DNA of 62,587 nt, the filler included, from Stramenopiles sp. TOSAG23-2 (taxonomy: Eukaryota): the NCBI GenBank assembly GCA_900128395.1. It is 42 parts of 42 records of this genome, joined end to end, with 100 filler letters (N's around TTAATTAATTAA, not from the genome) between each part and the next. Parts side by side here need not be neighbours in the genome. Positions count along the whole stretch, not along the records: positions 49,324 to 50,710 come from LT653019.1; positions 50,811 to 52,197 come from LT653020.1; positions 52,298 to 53,682 come from LT653021.1; positions 53,783 to 55,167 come from LT653022.1; positions 55,268 to 56,652 come from LT653023.1; positions 56,753 to 58,136 come from LT653024.1; positions 58,237 to 59,620 come from LT653025.1; positions 59,721 to 61,104 come from LT653026.1; 34 more parts are not named here. One strand, written 5' to 3'. Both the position numbers and the translations under genes were made by a program. Below the pieces are notes generated by a model that saw nothing but the letters and a program-made list of their open reading frames with translations, was not told the DNA's origin and did not search any database. Shown in pieces: positions 49,326 to 61,573 of this stretch. Each line of letters begins with the position of its first letter. Positions within the stretch are counted from its first letter, which is position 1.

Positions 49326-50710
49326 ATGAATGAACATTTGGAAGGATTAAAAATATTTTATTATGATATTTATGAAAAGTATGTCAAGTTAGAGGAAAAT
49401 ATTATTGCCTTGGAAAGAGATGTTGTAAAGATTGATGGTCGAGTTGATGAACTAGAGCAACAACAACAAAATCAACAGAAGAAGGGATCTGATTTAACAA
49501 TAATAAGAGAGATAGCGGGGAAATCGAAGACTACATATTCAGGTGACCCAGAAAAAGTATTGCTTGCAAGGCAACAAAGCTTCGATCGTAATAACAATAA
49601 CAATAATAACAGCAACAACAATAGTAACAATTTAAAACAAGATATGAACAAAACTTTGACAAAGGATGTAGATATTAAGCTTCAAAAACAAAACGATAAA
49701 ATTTTAGCGCATGTTAAAAAAGACGATAATAATGTTGAAAAACAAGTTGGAAAAATGGATTTATATAGATCATCAACAACAAGTACTACATTTTTGAATG
49801 ATCCTGGACATTGGGATTATTTTATATCGCATGCACAAAAAGATGGTGCTGTATTAGCTGAAAAAATAGTTCCATATATGGAGAAAATAAATAAATCATG
49901 TTGGCTTGATGTCAATATGGATGAGCGTGATGAGGCAGCGATGAAAGAAGGAGTAAAAAATTCCAAATTCTTTTTAACAATCATTAGCGAATCGTATTTT
50001 GAAAGACCTTTCTGTATTAAAGAATTAGAATGGGCAATGGAATATAAAAAACCGATGATAGTTGTAATTGATGTGAAATTAAAAAATGACATTGGACGAT
50101 TATTGAAAAAATGTCCAGAACATTTACGTAATATGGGTGATATCAATTTTATTGATTTAAATCGAGGCGATCGTGAATACTGGGAAGTTGGGATGAAGAA
50201 AATTCTAAAAGCGAAACCACGAATATTAAAAAAACAAATCGTCCCACTTTTACAAACAAATATAAAAAACAATGCAGCGTTGGTACCAAAAAAACAAAAA
50301 GAAGAAATATTACGCGCAAAACCACAAAATAATAATAATAATAATAATACTGCTAGTAATGCTGAAGTAAAACATACCGGAGCAATTTTCTATAATTTAT
50401 TTCAAACACATATCATGATGAATCCAGAAAATCTTAATAATATGATAGAAAAGTTTAGTATGATGCAAATAGGTGATGTTCAAAAAATTGCTACAAAGAT
50501 AGGATGCAAAAATATCAACATCAATTGTCTACCGGAACGAAGACAATTATTGAATACGTTAAGGATGATATGCGAAGAAGGTAGACTAGCAAACGATACT
50601 CTCACACCTGATCAGCAAAAAAAACTAGATGAATATTATAAGAAATATAATAACAACAACAAAATTAACAATATTCATATTTACGGTCCAGCTGGTTCAG
50701 GTAAAATAGA
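49326..50710 (+). CDS. Coiled-coil + TIR (TIR_2-type) protein with Walker A-like motif at the truncated 3' end
   Basis: TIR motifs WDYFISHAQ, CWLDV, MKEGVKNSKFFLTIISESYFERPFCIKELEWA. The contig ends at IHIYGPAGSGKI. Confidence 0.88.
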
Positions 50711-51042
50711 NNNNNNNNNNNNNNNNNNNNNNNNNNNNNNNNNNNNNNNNNNNNTTAATTAATTAANNNNNNNNNNNNNNNNNNNNNNNNNNNNNNNNNN
50801 NNNNNNNNNNCATCAACTTTTATACAGACACGCCATATATTGTACATATATATATATATATATATTATATAATATATCCTCAAATTTATAAAAGGATGAG
50901 AGATTGGTGAGACAAAACATATTTTTTCAAAGTGTCCGATGACATTTTTATATACGACATACTGTACCCGGGGTATAAATATATAATTATTGCTATTTTC
51001 ACCACGCCAAACAATACGTTACATATATATATATATATAAAT

Positions 51043-51936
51043 CTATTTCTTATTTGCATATTTTCCTACAATTGGATATTTCTTTTCAAATGTACGACAA
51101 TAATTTGCTAATGTATTTAATTCATTCTCTTCAAACTCTTCTAAGATCCATTTTTGATTTAAAAATCCAGGATTCATTGAAAACTTTGCCAATGCAACTG
51201 TTGCATCATATCCAGCCATAAATCCATATGTACCACCTGGACCGTAAAATTTTGCACCAGCTGTCATATCATATACAAGTCCATTGCATCCAAGATAAAT
51301 TGGCATGTTATTTTGACCATTGTACACTCTCAACTCATTTAAATCAAAGGTACGATCTGGTACATGGATTGGCTCTGGGAATAATTGTTTAATACGATTT
51401 ACTTCAGCATCAAATGCTTTCAATGTTACTTCATAATGCAAGACTCTTCCGGCTAATGGATCGTTCATATCAAGTGTTGCGTTTCCATCTTCCACTTTTA
51501 TTACCATTGCTAAACGTAGTTGACCTTCGTGATTTAAACGGACAGTTGTTCCAGTATTTACTTTTGCACCGCCAGTTGGTACTTGTACGACAAGGGATTC
51601 ATCTCGTTCTGACTGTGGATGACCTTCATCCCCAGGTTTTACATCAAATTTTCTTGTTTCATTTAATTGTAAACCCATACATGCACCGTCTAACGCTGGC
51701 ATTAATAACCCTTTACCTTCCCCAGCAACAAATACAGTCATATCATTATCAAACATACCAGCATCAAAATCATTACCTTCCGCTTTACCAACACACAACA
51801 CTTGAATCTTATCCCCTTTTTGGACCACACGTGTCCCTAACTTTTCACGCATCTTTTGCAATTCTTCCTCTGAACCATATGGATTCTTTGATTCCGAAGA
51901 AGCTGTATAATTAATCTTTAAAATTGCACGTGACAT
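51043..51936 (-). CDS. SlyD/FkpB-type FKBP PPIase fused to cytochrome b5-like heme/steroid-binding (MAPR) domain, complete
   Basis: FKBP with insert-in-flap: LMPALDGACMGL, ATLDMNDPLAGRVLHYEVTL. MAPR: FDLNELRVYNG, IYLGCNGLVYDMT, FYGPGGTYGFMAGYDATVALA, FEKKYPIVG. Confidence 0.92.
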   Translation of the reverse strand: MSRAILKINYTASSESKNPYGSEEELQKMREKLGTRVVQKGDKIQVLCVGKAEGNDFDAGMFDNDMTVFVAGEGKGLLMPALDGACMGLQLNETRKFDVKPGDEGHPQSERDESLVVQVPTGGAKVNTGTTVRLNHEGQLRLAMVIKVEDGNATLDMNDPLAGRVLHYEVTLKAFDAEVNRIKQLFPEPIHVPDRTFDLNELRVYNGQNNMPIYLGCNGLVYDMTAGAKFYGPGGTYGFMAGYDATVALAKFSMNPGFLNQKWILEEFEENELNTLANYCRTFEKKYPIVGKYANKK

Positions 51937-53116
51937 ATTGTAAGATATTATTACTATATTTTTGATGAATTAATTTTTATAAACACGATAATGGTATTGA
52001 AAATAGATATATGTATGATGTGCGTGTATATATATATATGTGTGTGTATATGATTATATCTTTTCTATATAATGCAATAGGTATTATTCCTTTGGTAGCC
52101 TGGCCGCTTGTATTTCCTATTCTTATTGGTATATAGATTATACTGGATCGATGTATTTGTAAATTGTAAATTATATATTTATCATATTTATTATTATNNN
52201 NNNNNNNNNNNNNNNNNNNNNNNNNNNNNNNNNNNNNNNNNTTAATTAATTAANNNNNNNNNNNNNNNNNNNNNNNNNNNNNNNNNNNNNNNNNNNNGAA
52301 GACATTGGCATACTGCAGCTATGACGTCGCCGTGAACGGAAAAATGTGGACATATTCAAATATACAAAAAGGCCAATCCGAATAAAAGGATTATTAATTT
52401 AATAAAACAGAAGTATTTCAAGTAACTGTTTGACTATGATTACTTATTTGTTTCTTCTTTATACATAATTATATAAAAAAACAAACTCTATAAGTCTATT
52501 TATTATTGTTTATTATTAAAATAATAACTATTATTGTGCTATTATTAGACGACTATCATATAATATTATAACTAATAATATTAATAGTAATAAAAAGTTG
52601 TCGTGCCCAGTCATCCTTGTGGTTTCCTCCAGAGGTTTCCCCTTCTTTTGCATTTTCCTCAAAAAAAAAAAACGGGGNNNNNNNNNNNNNNNNNNNNNNN
52701 NNNNNNNNNNNNNNNNNNNNNNNNNNNNNNNNNNNNNNNNNNNNNNNNNNNNNNNNNNNNNNNNNNNNNNNNNNNNNNNNNNNNNNNNNNNNNNNNNNNN
52801 NNNNNNNNNNNNNCATATTAGTATACGTAGGGTACCAGGTATAATAGTAAAGCAGTACAGCATTGATTTTCAGCAAAACCTCAATCAACCAGGTCTTTAC
52901 TTGGTACGCCGCTGATATAAATATAATAATATCCGTGGTCTTCTTGTTTAATGTTGTTGTCGCACTTATGAATCCGTAACTGTATGTATGTGTAGTAGTT
53001 TGAATAACGAACGGGATTACTACAAAATAAGAAAATAAGAACAATTGAAGCAAAACAAATACGTATACAACAATAGAAATCAATATATACAAGAACAGCA
53101 ATAAAATCAATAGAAA

Positions 53117-53682
53117 ATGTATTGCAATAAACAATATTTACAACAGCAACGAAAGCCAATTTTCTCGCTATCACTAGCTATTAAAATAGTATGCCAATTT
53201 TTGTTTATTTTTCATGCTTTCAACTGTATAAATGTAGTTTTTCCTTTAAAATTAAAATCCAACTCGGCAGGAGAAGCTTTGACAAGGCTTATACATAATT
53301 TAACGTTCAGCATTCCAAACATAGCCATACCACCTGTGAAAGTGCCATTGCTTGGCATGACGAACGTTTCGTTGGACCATTTTTCATGTACAGATACAAC
53401 AATTACAACTATTGAATTACTTGACAAAAAAGATTCACAAAATCATATCGATACTATTGAACTTTCTTTATCTGGTATTGGGATTGCTTGTAAAGGCCAA
53501 TGGGCATATAAGGAAGAAAAATGGCCACATTTAGGTGGAAATGGCGGCGTTGATGTGGCGATAGGAAAATCATCGTTGGGCTTAAACATTAATTTTTACC
53601 GCGAGAAAATCAACAACGTACCAGACCACGTATATATCGATACATCTTCTCCAAAAAAAGGATGTACGTGCGTTTTTGACAT
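53117..53682 (+). CDS. Secreted/membrane protein with BPI/LBP (TULIP)-like N-terminal domain (3' partial)
   Basis: Hydrophobic leader, then a beta-rich segment ending LSLSGIGIACKGQWAYKEEKWPHLGGNGGVDVAI. Confidence 0.5.
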
Positions 53683-54491
53683 NNNNNNNNNNNNNNNNNN
53701 NNNNNNNNNNNNNNNNNNNNNNNNNNTTAATTAATTAANNNNNNNNNNNNNNNNNNNNNNNNNNNNNNNNNNNNNNNNNNNNATTAAAAAGTGCAAAAAA
53801 TTAAAAAAAAAGCAACAAAAGTTTTAATGATATTTCTATAGTAAAAAATGTGTCCCAGGTCAGCGCTTTACTATGGGGTTTTTTTAGCGGTTTTTAGCTT
53901 TTTTCAGCGTTATGGTAAGGGTTTACATTATATAGAAATAGCACTAGCAAGATAAATTCGATCTTCCAGTTTACGACGAGCAAATCCATACAGATAAATT
54001 TCAAAAATCTGTCCATATATAATGCTACATTAGTATACGTTTTTGATAGGATAAAGTACAAATAAAAATTGTGCCTAATATATGCGTGTATAGGTGTGGA
54101 TGATTATTTGAAATATCAACGACATCACATTCTCCACACATATACTGTATACAAAATTGTACTACTTTTACATTACTTTAGTATACGAAACAGATAGTAA
54201 TAAGCACAAATAACATCTATGTCAAAAACATGGCGTAAATGGTGTGGATTATTTTCTAAATTGTTTTTTTTGTATTAAAAAAAATGATTTCTCGTATATA
54301 ACATATGTTTGTTGGTGTGTATATATCAAAAAAAGCTTTAAAAGCTCAGTCTATCGGCTCGAATGAAAATAGCAGATTTAATAATAACCGCATGACTTTG
54401 TGGGATAATAGGGCTAATGTCCCAATTATTGGATTTAGCTGTGGTAGCGAATCCCAAAAATCAGATGTTGTTAAACATGCATTGAAAACTG

Positions 54492-55167
54492 TTAATGATT
54501 CGTTTGGGCAACAACAAGCTGTGTTGTATCAGCGCTTGCAATATTGTTCAGGACAGTTGCTGGTGTTGTTTTTTTTTGCTGTTGTTCTAAATTTGCCATA
54601 TAGGTAGGTGCCCCATCACCAACCATGTATCTACTTTGGCCTTCTGGTGTAAAATCGTCTATTATGTTCATAACTGTACGCACCGTTTCTGCACTTCCTA
54701 AATTTAATTTTAATACAGCAAAAACTTCTGCCTCATTTGCCTCTAAAATATGGCGCGCAGGCGATACATCCAACACTTCATCATGGTGTTCCACAAGCAA
54801 TCCTCTTTCATCCTGGTGCATGGTGTTTTGCATTAACACTGACGCTGGCTCCACTGCATCCTTATTTTTTATATCCTTTAATTGCTTTCCCATCTCTATT
54901 ACCCCTTCCACACCAATCTCTAACAATTTACGAGGGATTGAGAGCAACTCACCAACAACATTGGCATGTGTTAATGCAACTCTTTCCACCTCTGGTGGGT
55001 TCTTTCCACATCTTGACTTTGGTATGGCCAGTCGTACTATGGTCACGTAATGGGCCAATGCCCCACTTTTCGATTTAACTCTAACGTTTGCCATGGCAGT
55101 TAAAAAATCAAAAAATGCGTATTAAAAAAAATCTGCTGAAGCATACAGTGCCCAAATTGGCAAGATT
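54492..55167 (-). pseudogene. Disrupted ORF of unknown, possibly transposase-derived, protein
   Basis: The 200-aa ORF has an upstream continuation (ILPIWALYASADFF...FDFLTAM) broken at T homopolymers. Contains VGDGAPTY. Confidence 0.4.
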
Positions 55168-55965
55168 NNNNNNNNNNNNNNNNNNNNNNNNNNNNNNNNN
55201 NNNNNNNNNNNTTAATTAATTAANNNNNNNNNNNNNNNNNNNNNNNNNNNNNNNNNNNNNNNNNNNNGCCATGAAAATGCACGTGCTAACGGTTCTCGCT
55301 CTAATGCATCAATAGTTTCATTTGCAGTCGATACGTTAAGTAATTTTTGCTCAGTTGCTATTACCTTTTTAAAAGCAGTCGCTAAAATTAAATTTGCAAA
55401 GATCTCAAACATAGCCGAAGTAAAGGAGCTCACAGCTTCTAATTAGATTTCTATGATTATAATATATATATATCATAACAGGATTTTAACCATCGTATAC
55501 ATTTAACAGGATCTTTCACATCGACAGCCTCATCATTTTTCAAGTTATGATAAGCCATTATTCTATTCCATGAATGGTTAACAAGCTAAAATAATACGCA
55601 GAAATTTATTTCTACAAGTATGATTAGTAAGTTTTGTTGCACTAAATATCATTATTATAATATATATATATATATACCATTATACAAATCTAGTGTATGA
55701 TACATGTTTGCAGTAGTGATATGATACTTGTATTATTTGTGTACGAAAGGTGTAAAAAAGTCAATCGATCTATTAAATGAAAAAATAGTTTGAATAGTAG
55801 CGGACTATTTATAGAATGTATATATCTTTGTGTGTATATGTATCTATCTATATATATGAACATATTTGATAACAGTTGCTGGGCAAGTAAAAATGCATGA
55901 GTTGATATAAGAATATATAGATACTATATATATCTGCATTGTGGGGAAGTTGTGATGTATTATAG

Positions 55966-56598
55966 TTACTTTCCATATGTGCCGTACATATTATTCTGAG
56001 GGTATCCGCTAGGATTATAGCGATGATGTTGTTGTTGCTGTTGATATTGTTGTTGTTGTTGCTGCTGCTGTTGCTGCTGTTGTGGTGGTCCAGAACTGTA
56101 TACCCCTGCCACATTATTCGCATTATAAGGAGTTTGATATGTATTTACATTCCCACCATATGGATATTGACGTTGTTGCATTGCTGGGTTGTATTGTTGA
56201 TTATAACCAGCATTACCATACGGATTGGCTTGGTGTTGATATCCACCAGTACTACTAGCCATCATTTGTTGCTGTTGGTACTTTTGACTTTCTTGCATTT
56301 TTGCACTAATCAAATATTGCGCTTGTTGAATTTGCTGTAGGGTACCGTTGAATGTAACCGTTCGTAATTGATCACCAGGCATTCCTTTCTCTACATGCAC
56401 ATTGCAGCCGGTCTGTTCCCGTATGTGTTTTAAGTGTGATCCTCCTTTACCAATGATTCTACCAACATGTTCTTGTGGCACGCTAACTTGGGTAGTTTGT
56501 GTATTTGGCCCTCCTATTCCCATACGGTTCTGGCTTGGAGCTGAATTCACTTCAGACAATTTTTGTAAAATCAATTGTTCGGCATGATCAATTTGAGA
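55966..56598 (-). CDS. KH-domain RNA-binding protein, last KH domain plus Q/N/Y-rich tail (5' partial)
   Basis: VPQEHVGRIIGKGGSHLKHIREQTG carries the KH GxxG loop. Confidence 0.92.
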   Translation of the reverse strand, partial: SQIDHAEQLILQKLSEVNSAPSQNRMGIGGPNTQTTQVSVPQEHVGRIIGKGGSHLKHIREQTGCNVHVEKGMPGDQLRTVTFNGTLQQIQQAQYLISAKMQESQKYQQQQMMASSTGGYQHQANPYGNAGYNQQYNPAMQQRQYPYGGNVNTYQTPYNANNVAGVYSSGPPQQQQQQQQQQQQYQQQQQHHRYNPSGYPQNNMYGTYGK

Positions 56599-56752
56599 TT
56601 GTATACCCCTGCCACATTATTCGCATTATAAGGAGTTTGATATGTATTTACANNNNNNNNNNNNNNNNNNNNNNNNNNNNNNNNNNNNNNNNNNNNTTAA
56701 TTAATTAANNNNNNNNNNNNNNNNNNNNNNNNNNNNNNNNNNNNNNNNNNNN

Positions 56753-57741
56753 GTTGTAAATGCTAAGTATAAAAACAATGGTTTGTTTGGTGTTAATGTT
56801 GCAGCCCGATCAATTTCTTGAATCGCCGCTGTACCCCACATTTTACTTGAATATTCACCTCTACGATCTACCACATGTTCATGCGTTGCCATTGTTTTCC
56901 CACCATCCGTACTGGTTTCTCGATGTAAATCTAATGTTTGTTGATATCCTTCTGATAATGTAAATAACATACCCAATGCATGTGTATTAGGTCCAACAGT
57001 ATGATTAAAATGATCTCCACCGACTTCATAACTTCCAAAAAAACGTTGAAATCCACGGCTTGTTGGTGTATATTTTCTCAAACCATACCCCAAATGCCAT
57101 TTTCCAACTAATGATGTAATATAACCATTATCAACCATTTTATCAGCGATAGTTGTTTCATCGTCCTTTAAAAAAGTTGGTTGATAAGGTCTTTGAACAA
57201 ATGTTTGACTACCATACCTATGGGGATAACGGCCAGTCATTACAGCAGCACGGGTTGGCGAACACATTGGTTGTACATACAAGTTTTTCAAAGTAATTCC
57301 ATTTGCGCGAGAAGAATCGAAATTGGGAGTGTGCGGATATTGATTCTTACCATTTGCACCATTGTTGTAACCTTTTAAACTAGCCCAACCTACATCATCC
57401 AATACAACCATTAAAATATGTGGTTTTGAGGTGGAAGATTTTGATATTGTATCTGTTGATGAAGATCCTGCCGTATTCATCCTACTTATGTACTGAGGTG
57501 GATGTGTCAAGTTAGTAAGCTGAGGTTGATTATTATTATAATTTCCTAACGATGTGGAGGACGTAGAACAGGTGAATGAAGAACCGCTACTACTGGTGTC
57601 GTAACAGTCTCCTTCTACATCACCTTTCAGTCTAACAGCTGCAATTAGCTTGTTGTTGTTGTTGAGTGTGACTAAAATGAAAAAAAATGATGATACTATG
57701 CACGCATAAAGAAAAGACAATTTTTTTCTTTGCTTGATCAT
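56753..57741 (-). CDS. Formylglycine-dependent sulfatase (arylsulfatase B-like, family S1; 3' partial)
   Basis: PHILMVVLDDVGW, TPNFD, CSPTRAAVMTGRY (CxPxR), VGKWHLG, PTSRGF, KPLFLYLAF. N-terminal signal/TM segment. Confidence 0.96.
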
Positions 57742-59104
57742 AATCTTATGATTGAAACAATTGTGCTAGTTATCAATCTACTTCTTTACATGTGATTAAT
57801 GAATATCTATCTATCTATGTAGGTATCTATAAGATTATTCTATCTATCTAGGTATCTATCTAGGTATCTATCTATTCTATGCCTGTATGTTTTTTCTAAT
57901 AAGTTGTTAGTCACAGTATCAACATTATAGCATTAAATTAACATTTCCAATTATATTCCCATACTAAATCATGAAAATGTCGAGATCTATATGCCGTCTC
58001 TCTGCCATCTCCGGGATCTCAATTTACAAGCCTGCACGCCTGCTGGGCCTGGCGGCAGAAGGCTGAAGGGGTGGCAAGGTCAGCCCTGGGCCAGCTGGGC
58101 CAGCAAGGCTTACCAAAAGGTACCTACTACATCATANNNNNNNNNNNNNNNNNNNNNNNNNNNNNNNNNNNNNNNNNNNNTTAATTAATTAANNNNNNNN
58201 NNNNNNNNNNNNNNNNNNNNNNNNNNNNNNNNNNNNAATGATATATATATATATATATATATATAATAATAAAGATATCCACGGCTGCAATCACGAGTGT
58301 ATTCACCACTGGAGACAAAAGAGTTGATAAGCACTCTCAACCAAGTGGTCTATACTACTTTTGAAACAATCAATGCAATACAAATAATAATATGATCAAC
58401 AGTCACTATTATTATGTAACAAGGATTTGGACACGCAATAAAACCAAGAATATTTAATAATTATATATGTTTTTGCCACAAACAAAGAAAAAGAAAAAAA
58501 TTCCCTATTAATATATATATTAGTAGTTAATATGAAATTATACTTGTTTCGTCACACCTCGTGTTGCTTTATTTGTATACGTTTGGAAAACTACACGAAA
58601 CAATATAGCAAATGAAGTAGGTACTTCTATGTACATCGGGGTTTGCACATTTAATATCCTATTCATTATAATTATTAGTAGTACTAAATATTTTTTATTA
58701 ATCATCAATTTAAATTATTATTTTTTTGTTTTTTGGTATAAAGCACTAAAATTGAATATTATAGTAGTTTTTGTATTCTAATTTCGAGATTCAAGTATAA
58801 ATTAGAGTCATTTGATAGGTAAAAATATCGAATTGGTATATTTTTGATATATTTCTAATAATAATATTTCACTTTCAACTATACAGTGTAATATTAATAT
58901 AAATTATTTTAATAAATTCAAAAATATACTTGAGGAAAGTATTTGCAATAATTCATTAGAGATGAATTAGAATGTGTCTTGATATTTTGGTGATTATAAA
59001 CAGTAATACATATGATATTATTCTCTTACTCATACGAATCGTATACAGTAATATATATATAATATATATATTGTAGTTCGTAGTACGTACTATGGTTATA
59101 CTAT

Positions 59105-59245
59105 TTATCTTTCCCCCATACTCCTTTTGTCATTCGAATGTGTGAAATATGAAAAAAACATCCAATTGCCGAGCTTGTCCGGTATAGAGTCTTCACTAAA
59201 TGGCCTACATCGCATTGCAACCTGCAATGCAACTTCCTTTGCCAT
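59105..59245 (-). pseudogene. Truncated kinesin motor N-terminus
   Basis: MAKEVALQVAMRCRPF matches the kinesin VxVRxRP start. The frame stops after 46 aa and no motor domain follows on the contig. Confidence 0.5.
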
Positions 59246-60005
59246 TTTTATATTTTGTTTGTGGTAGTAATATGAATATTATTGTTTGTTAATGTTAATG
59301 GAAAGGGTAAATAACTTCTCTGTTTACTGAACATTTACAGTAGATATTATAATATTATAATAGATATAGATGAGTACATATCTTTTTTCGTCACGTTTTT
59401 TTCAACTCCTCTTTTTTTTTTGTTCCCTTCTGGATACATTATCCTTAAAAAAGTCCTTGTATGGTATTATAATATTGTACAGTATTGTATGAAGGAATTA
59501 TTTAAGGTATTATAGCTCTAATATATAACCTGATGATGATTTTATCCTCCTCTCCCACTCACTCCTAACTTTGCCAGGATCAATAAATGTGTTATTTCAT
59601 ATTTTTCGAAACACTCTTACNNNNNNNNNNNNNNNNNNNNNNNNNNNNNNNNNNNNNNNNNNNNTTAATTAATTAANNNNNNNNNNNNNNNNNNNNNNNN
59701 NNNNNNNNNNNNNNNNNNNNGTTATTTTGATGAATAATTCAAGAATATCCGATGTTTTGTACAATCCATATATTATACCTGATGGTACGAAAAAACTATA
59801 CTACTATAAGCACCTATCATAACAACCATCATCGAAATAATAAACGTTACCGTTTGGTGGATGATTGATACAATATCCGATAAAGCCTTTGTGCGCAAAT
59901 AAAAATGTGTTGAGAAAGAGAAGACAATTCAATTTTCATTTTTTTCTCTTTTTATTTTTTAGTATAACAAATTAGAATTCAAATAGAGATAGATAGAATT
60001 GTTAG

Positions 60006-61104
60006 ATGCATACATCCTATAAAAGACCAAAAACTTCCTCCGGGGTAGTAAGGAAAAGGAAGAAGAAAAATAATAAGAAAAGTAATAATACTAAAAATTC
60101 AACATTATCAGCATATCATTCATCTAATAGAAAAGTTTCTTCCTCCTCGTCAACTAGTATTATTAAGTCACAGATAAATCATCGACAAAAACAAGCTGGA
60201 AAGTGGAGGCGACGAAAACGGCCATTTAGTGCAAAGCATAACATAAAAGATATATACAATAATGTAAAGAGAAATGATGACCTTCAAAATATATCATATT
60301 TAGAAAATAGTTTAGAGACATCAACATTAGATATGAATGAAGATATATCCTATAATAGTAATAATAATAATAATAAATACAATAGTAATTACTACAATAC
60401 AGTAGAAGACGACATGACATCGATGTCAAAAACGTTATCTAATAATAATTATAATAATAATATTAATTTTTTATCAGACGAAGATATTGAAAACAATGCA
60501 ATGGATATGTCATACTTTACAAACACAACAACAAGTAAACCGTATGTATGTGATATCTGTAAGCGTGGGTTTGATTCAAAATATTCCATGGTATGCCATC
60601 GACAAAAACTTCATGAACATATTTCTGAACCGTTATCACCAGAATCACCAGATCCATATCATTATAAACATAATGGTAAAGACGATAATGGTTTTAATAA
60701 TATGATACCATTTGTATATAGTAGTAGAGGCACACGCCAGTTGTTAAATAGAAATAAAAAAACACCAAAGGTATTTAATACTAGTTGGTACGTAAACAAA
60801 AATCATAAGAATTCAAATATTACATTTGAGGAAGATATAATAGAAGAAAATAAATATATCGGAATAAAAAATAAAAAGTTAAGTGTTAGTTATGATAACA
60901 TAGTATGGTCTAGAAAGAAGAACAAGAAGGTGAATCAGCAATACAACGATGCAACAGAACAATTAGAAAATATGGAGAAAAATAATAAATTTTCATCACC
61001 ATCTACAATAAACAAAATACATAAGCAGCAACAATATCAAAATTACTTTCATCAACATAATGATAATCGTGGCAATACTCTTGACGATACACGAGAAAAA
61101 GAAA
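60006..61104 (+). CDS. Asn-rich protein with a C2H2 zinc finger (3' partial)
   Basis: KPYVCDICKRGFDSKYSMVCHRQKLH, plus a basic NLS-like N-terminus. Confidence 0.85.
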
Positions 61105-61573
61105 NNNNNNNNNNNNNNNNNNNNNNNNNNNNNNNNNNNNNNNNNNNNTTAATTAATTAANNNNNNNNNNNNNNNNNNNNNNNNNNNNNNNNNNNNNNNN
61201 NNNNGGGAGTGGGCGTCGTGTTTTTCCAGGTGGCCCATGTTGATCGCAAACTATTTGTATATCATATTTGAATGAACCCGACGTTCAGCCCGTTTGACGA
61301 ACGAACATGGAAGTATAGAAACCTATACTTGTACTTCTAGAGTCATTAGAGTGCAGATACATGCATTAGAGCTTTACCACTTGTTAGTTCGTAAGGGGAT
61401 CGTATTACATCTCTGAGATAGAGCGAGTAATATTGAGCATACGATAGTATTTATCACGGAAAGTAAAATTATTATTTCGTACGAGTCGTATTTATAAATA
61501 TTATAATGATACACAGTTATCTATTTTTTATATATTTTAAAATAATCTTCTACAAACCGTAGTCTCACCTTCA

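Noticed and set aside
52531..53174. ORFs crossing or flanking the internal N gap 52678..52813
   Set aside because: Their length depends on Ns or low-complexity AT-rich sequence, and they show no coding signature.
1400..61204. Regularly spaced TTAATTAATTAA as a biological repeat, and any operon or gene cluster across it
   Set aside because: It is a synthetic six-frame-stop linker between size-sorted contigs, so neighbouring genes (e.g. TIR, FKBP-MAPR, BPI-like) are not physically linked.
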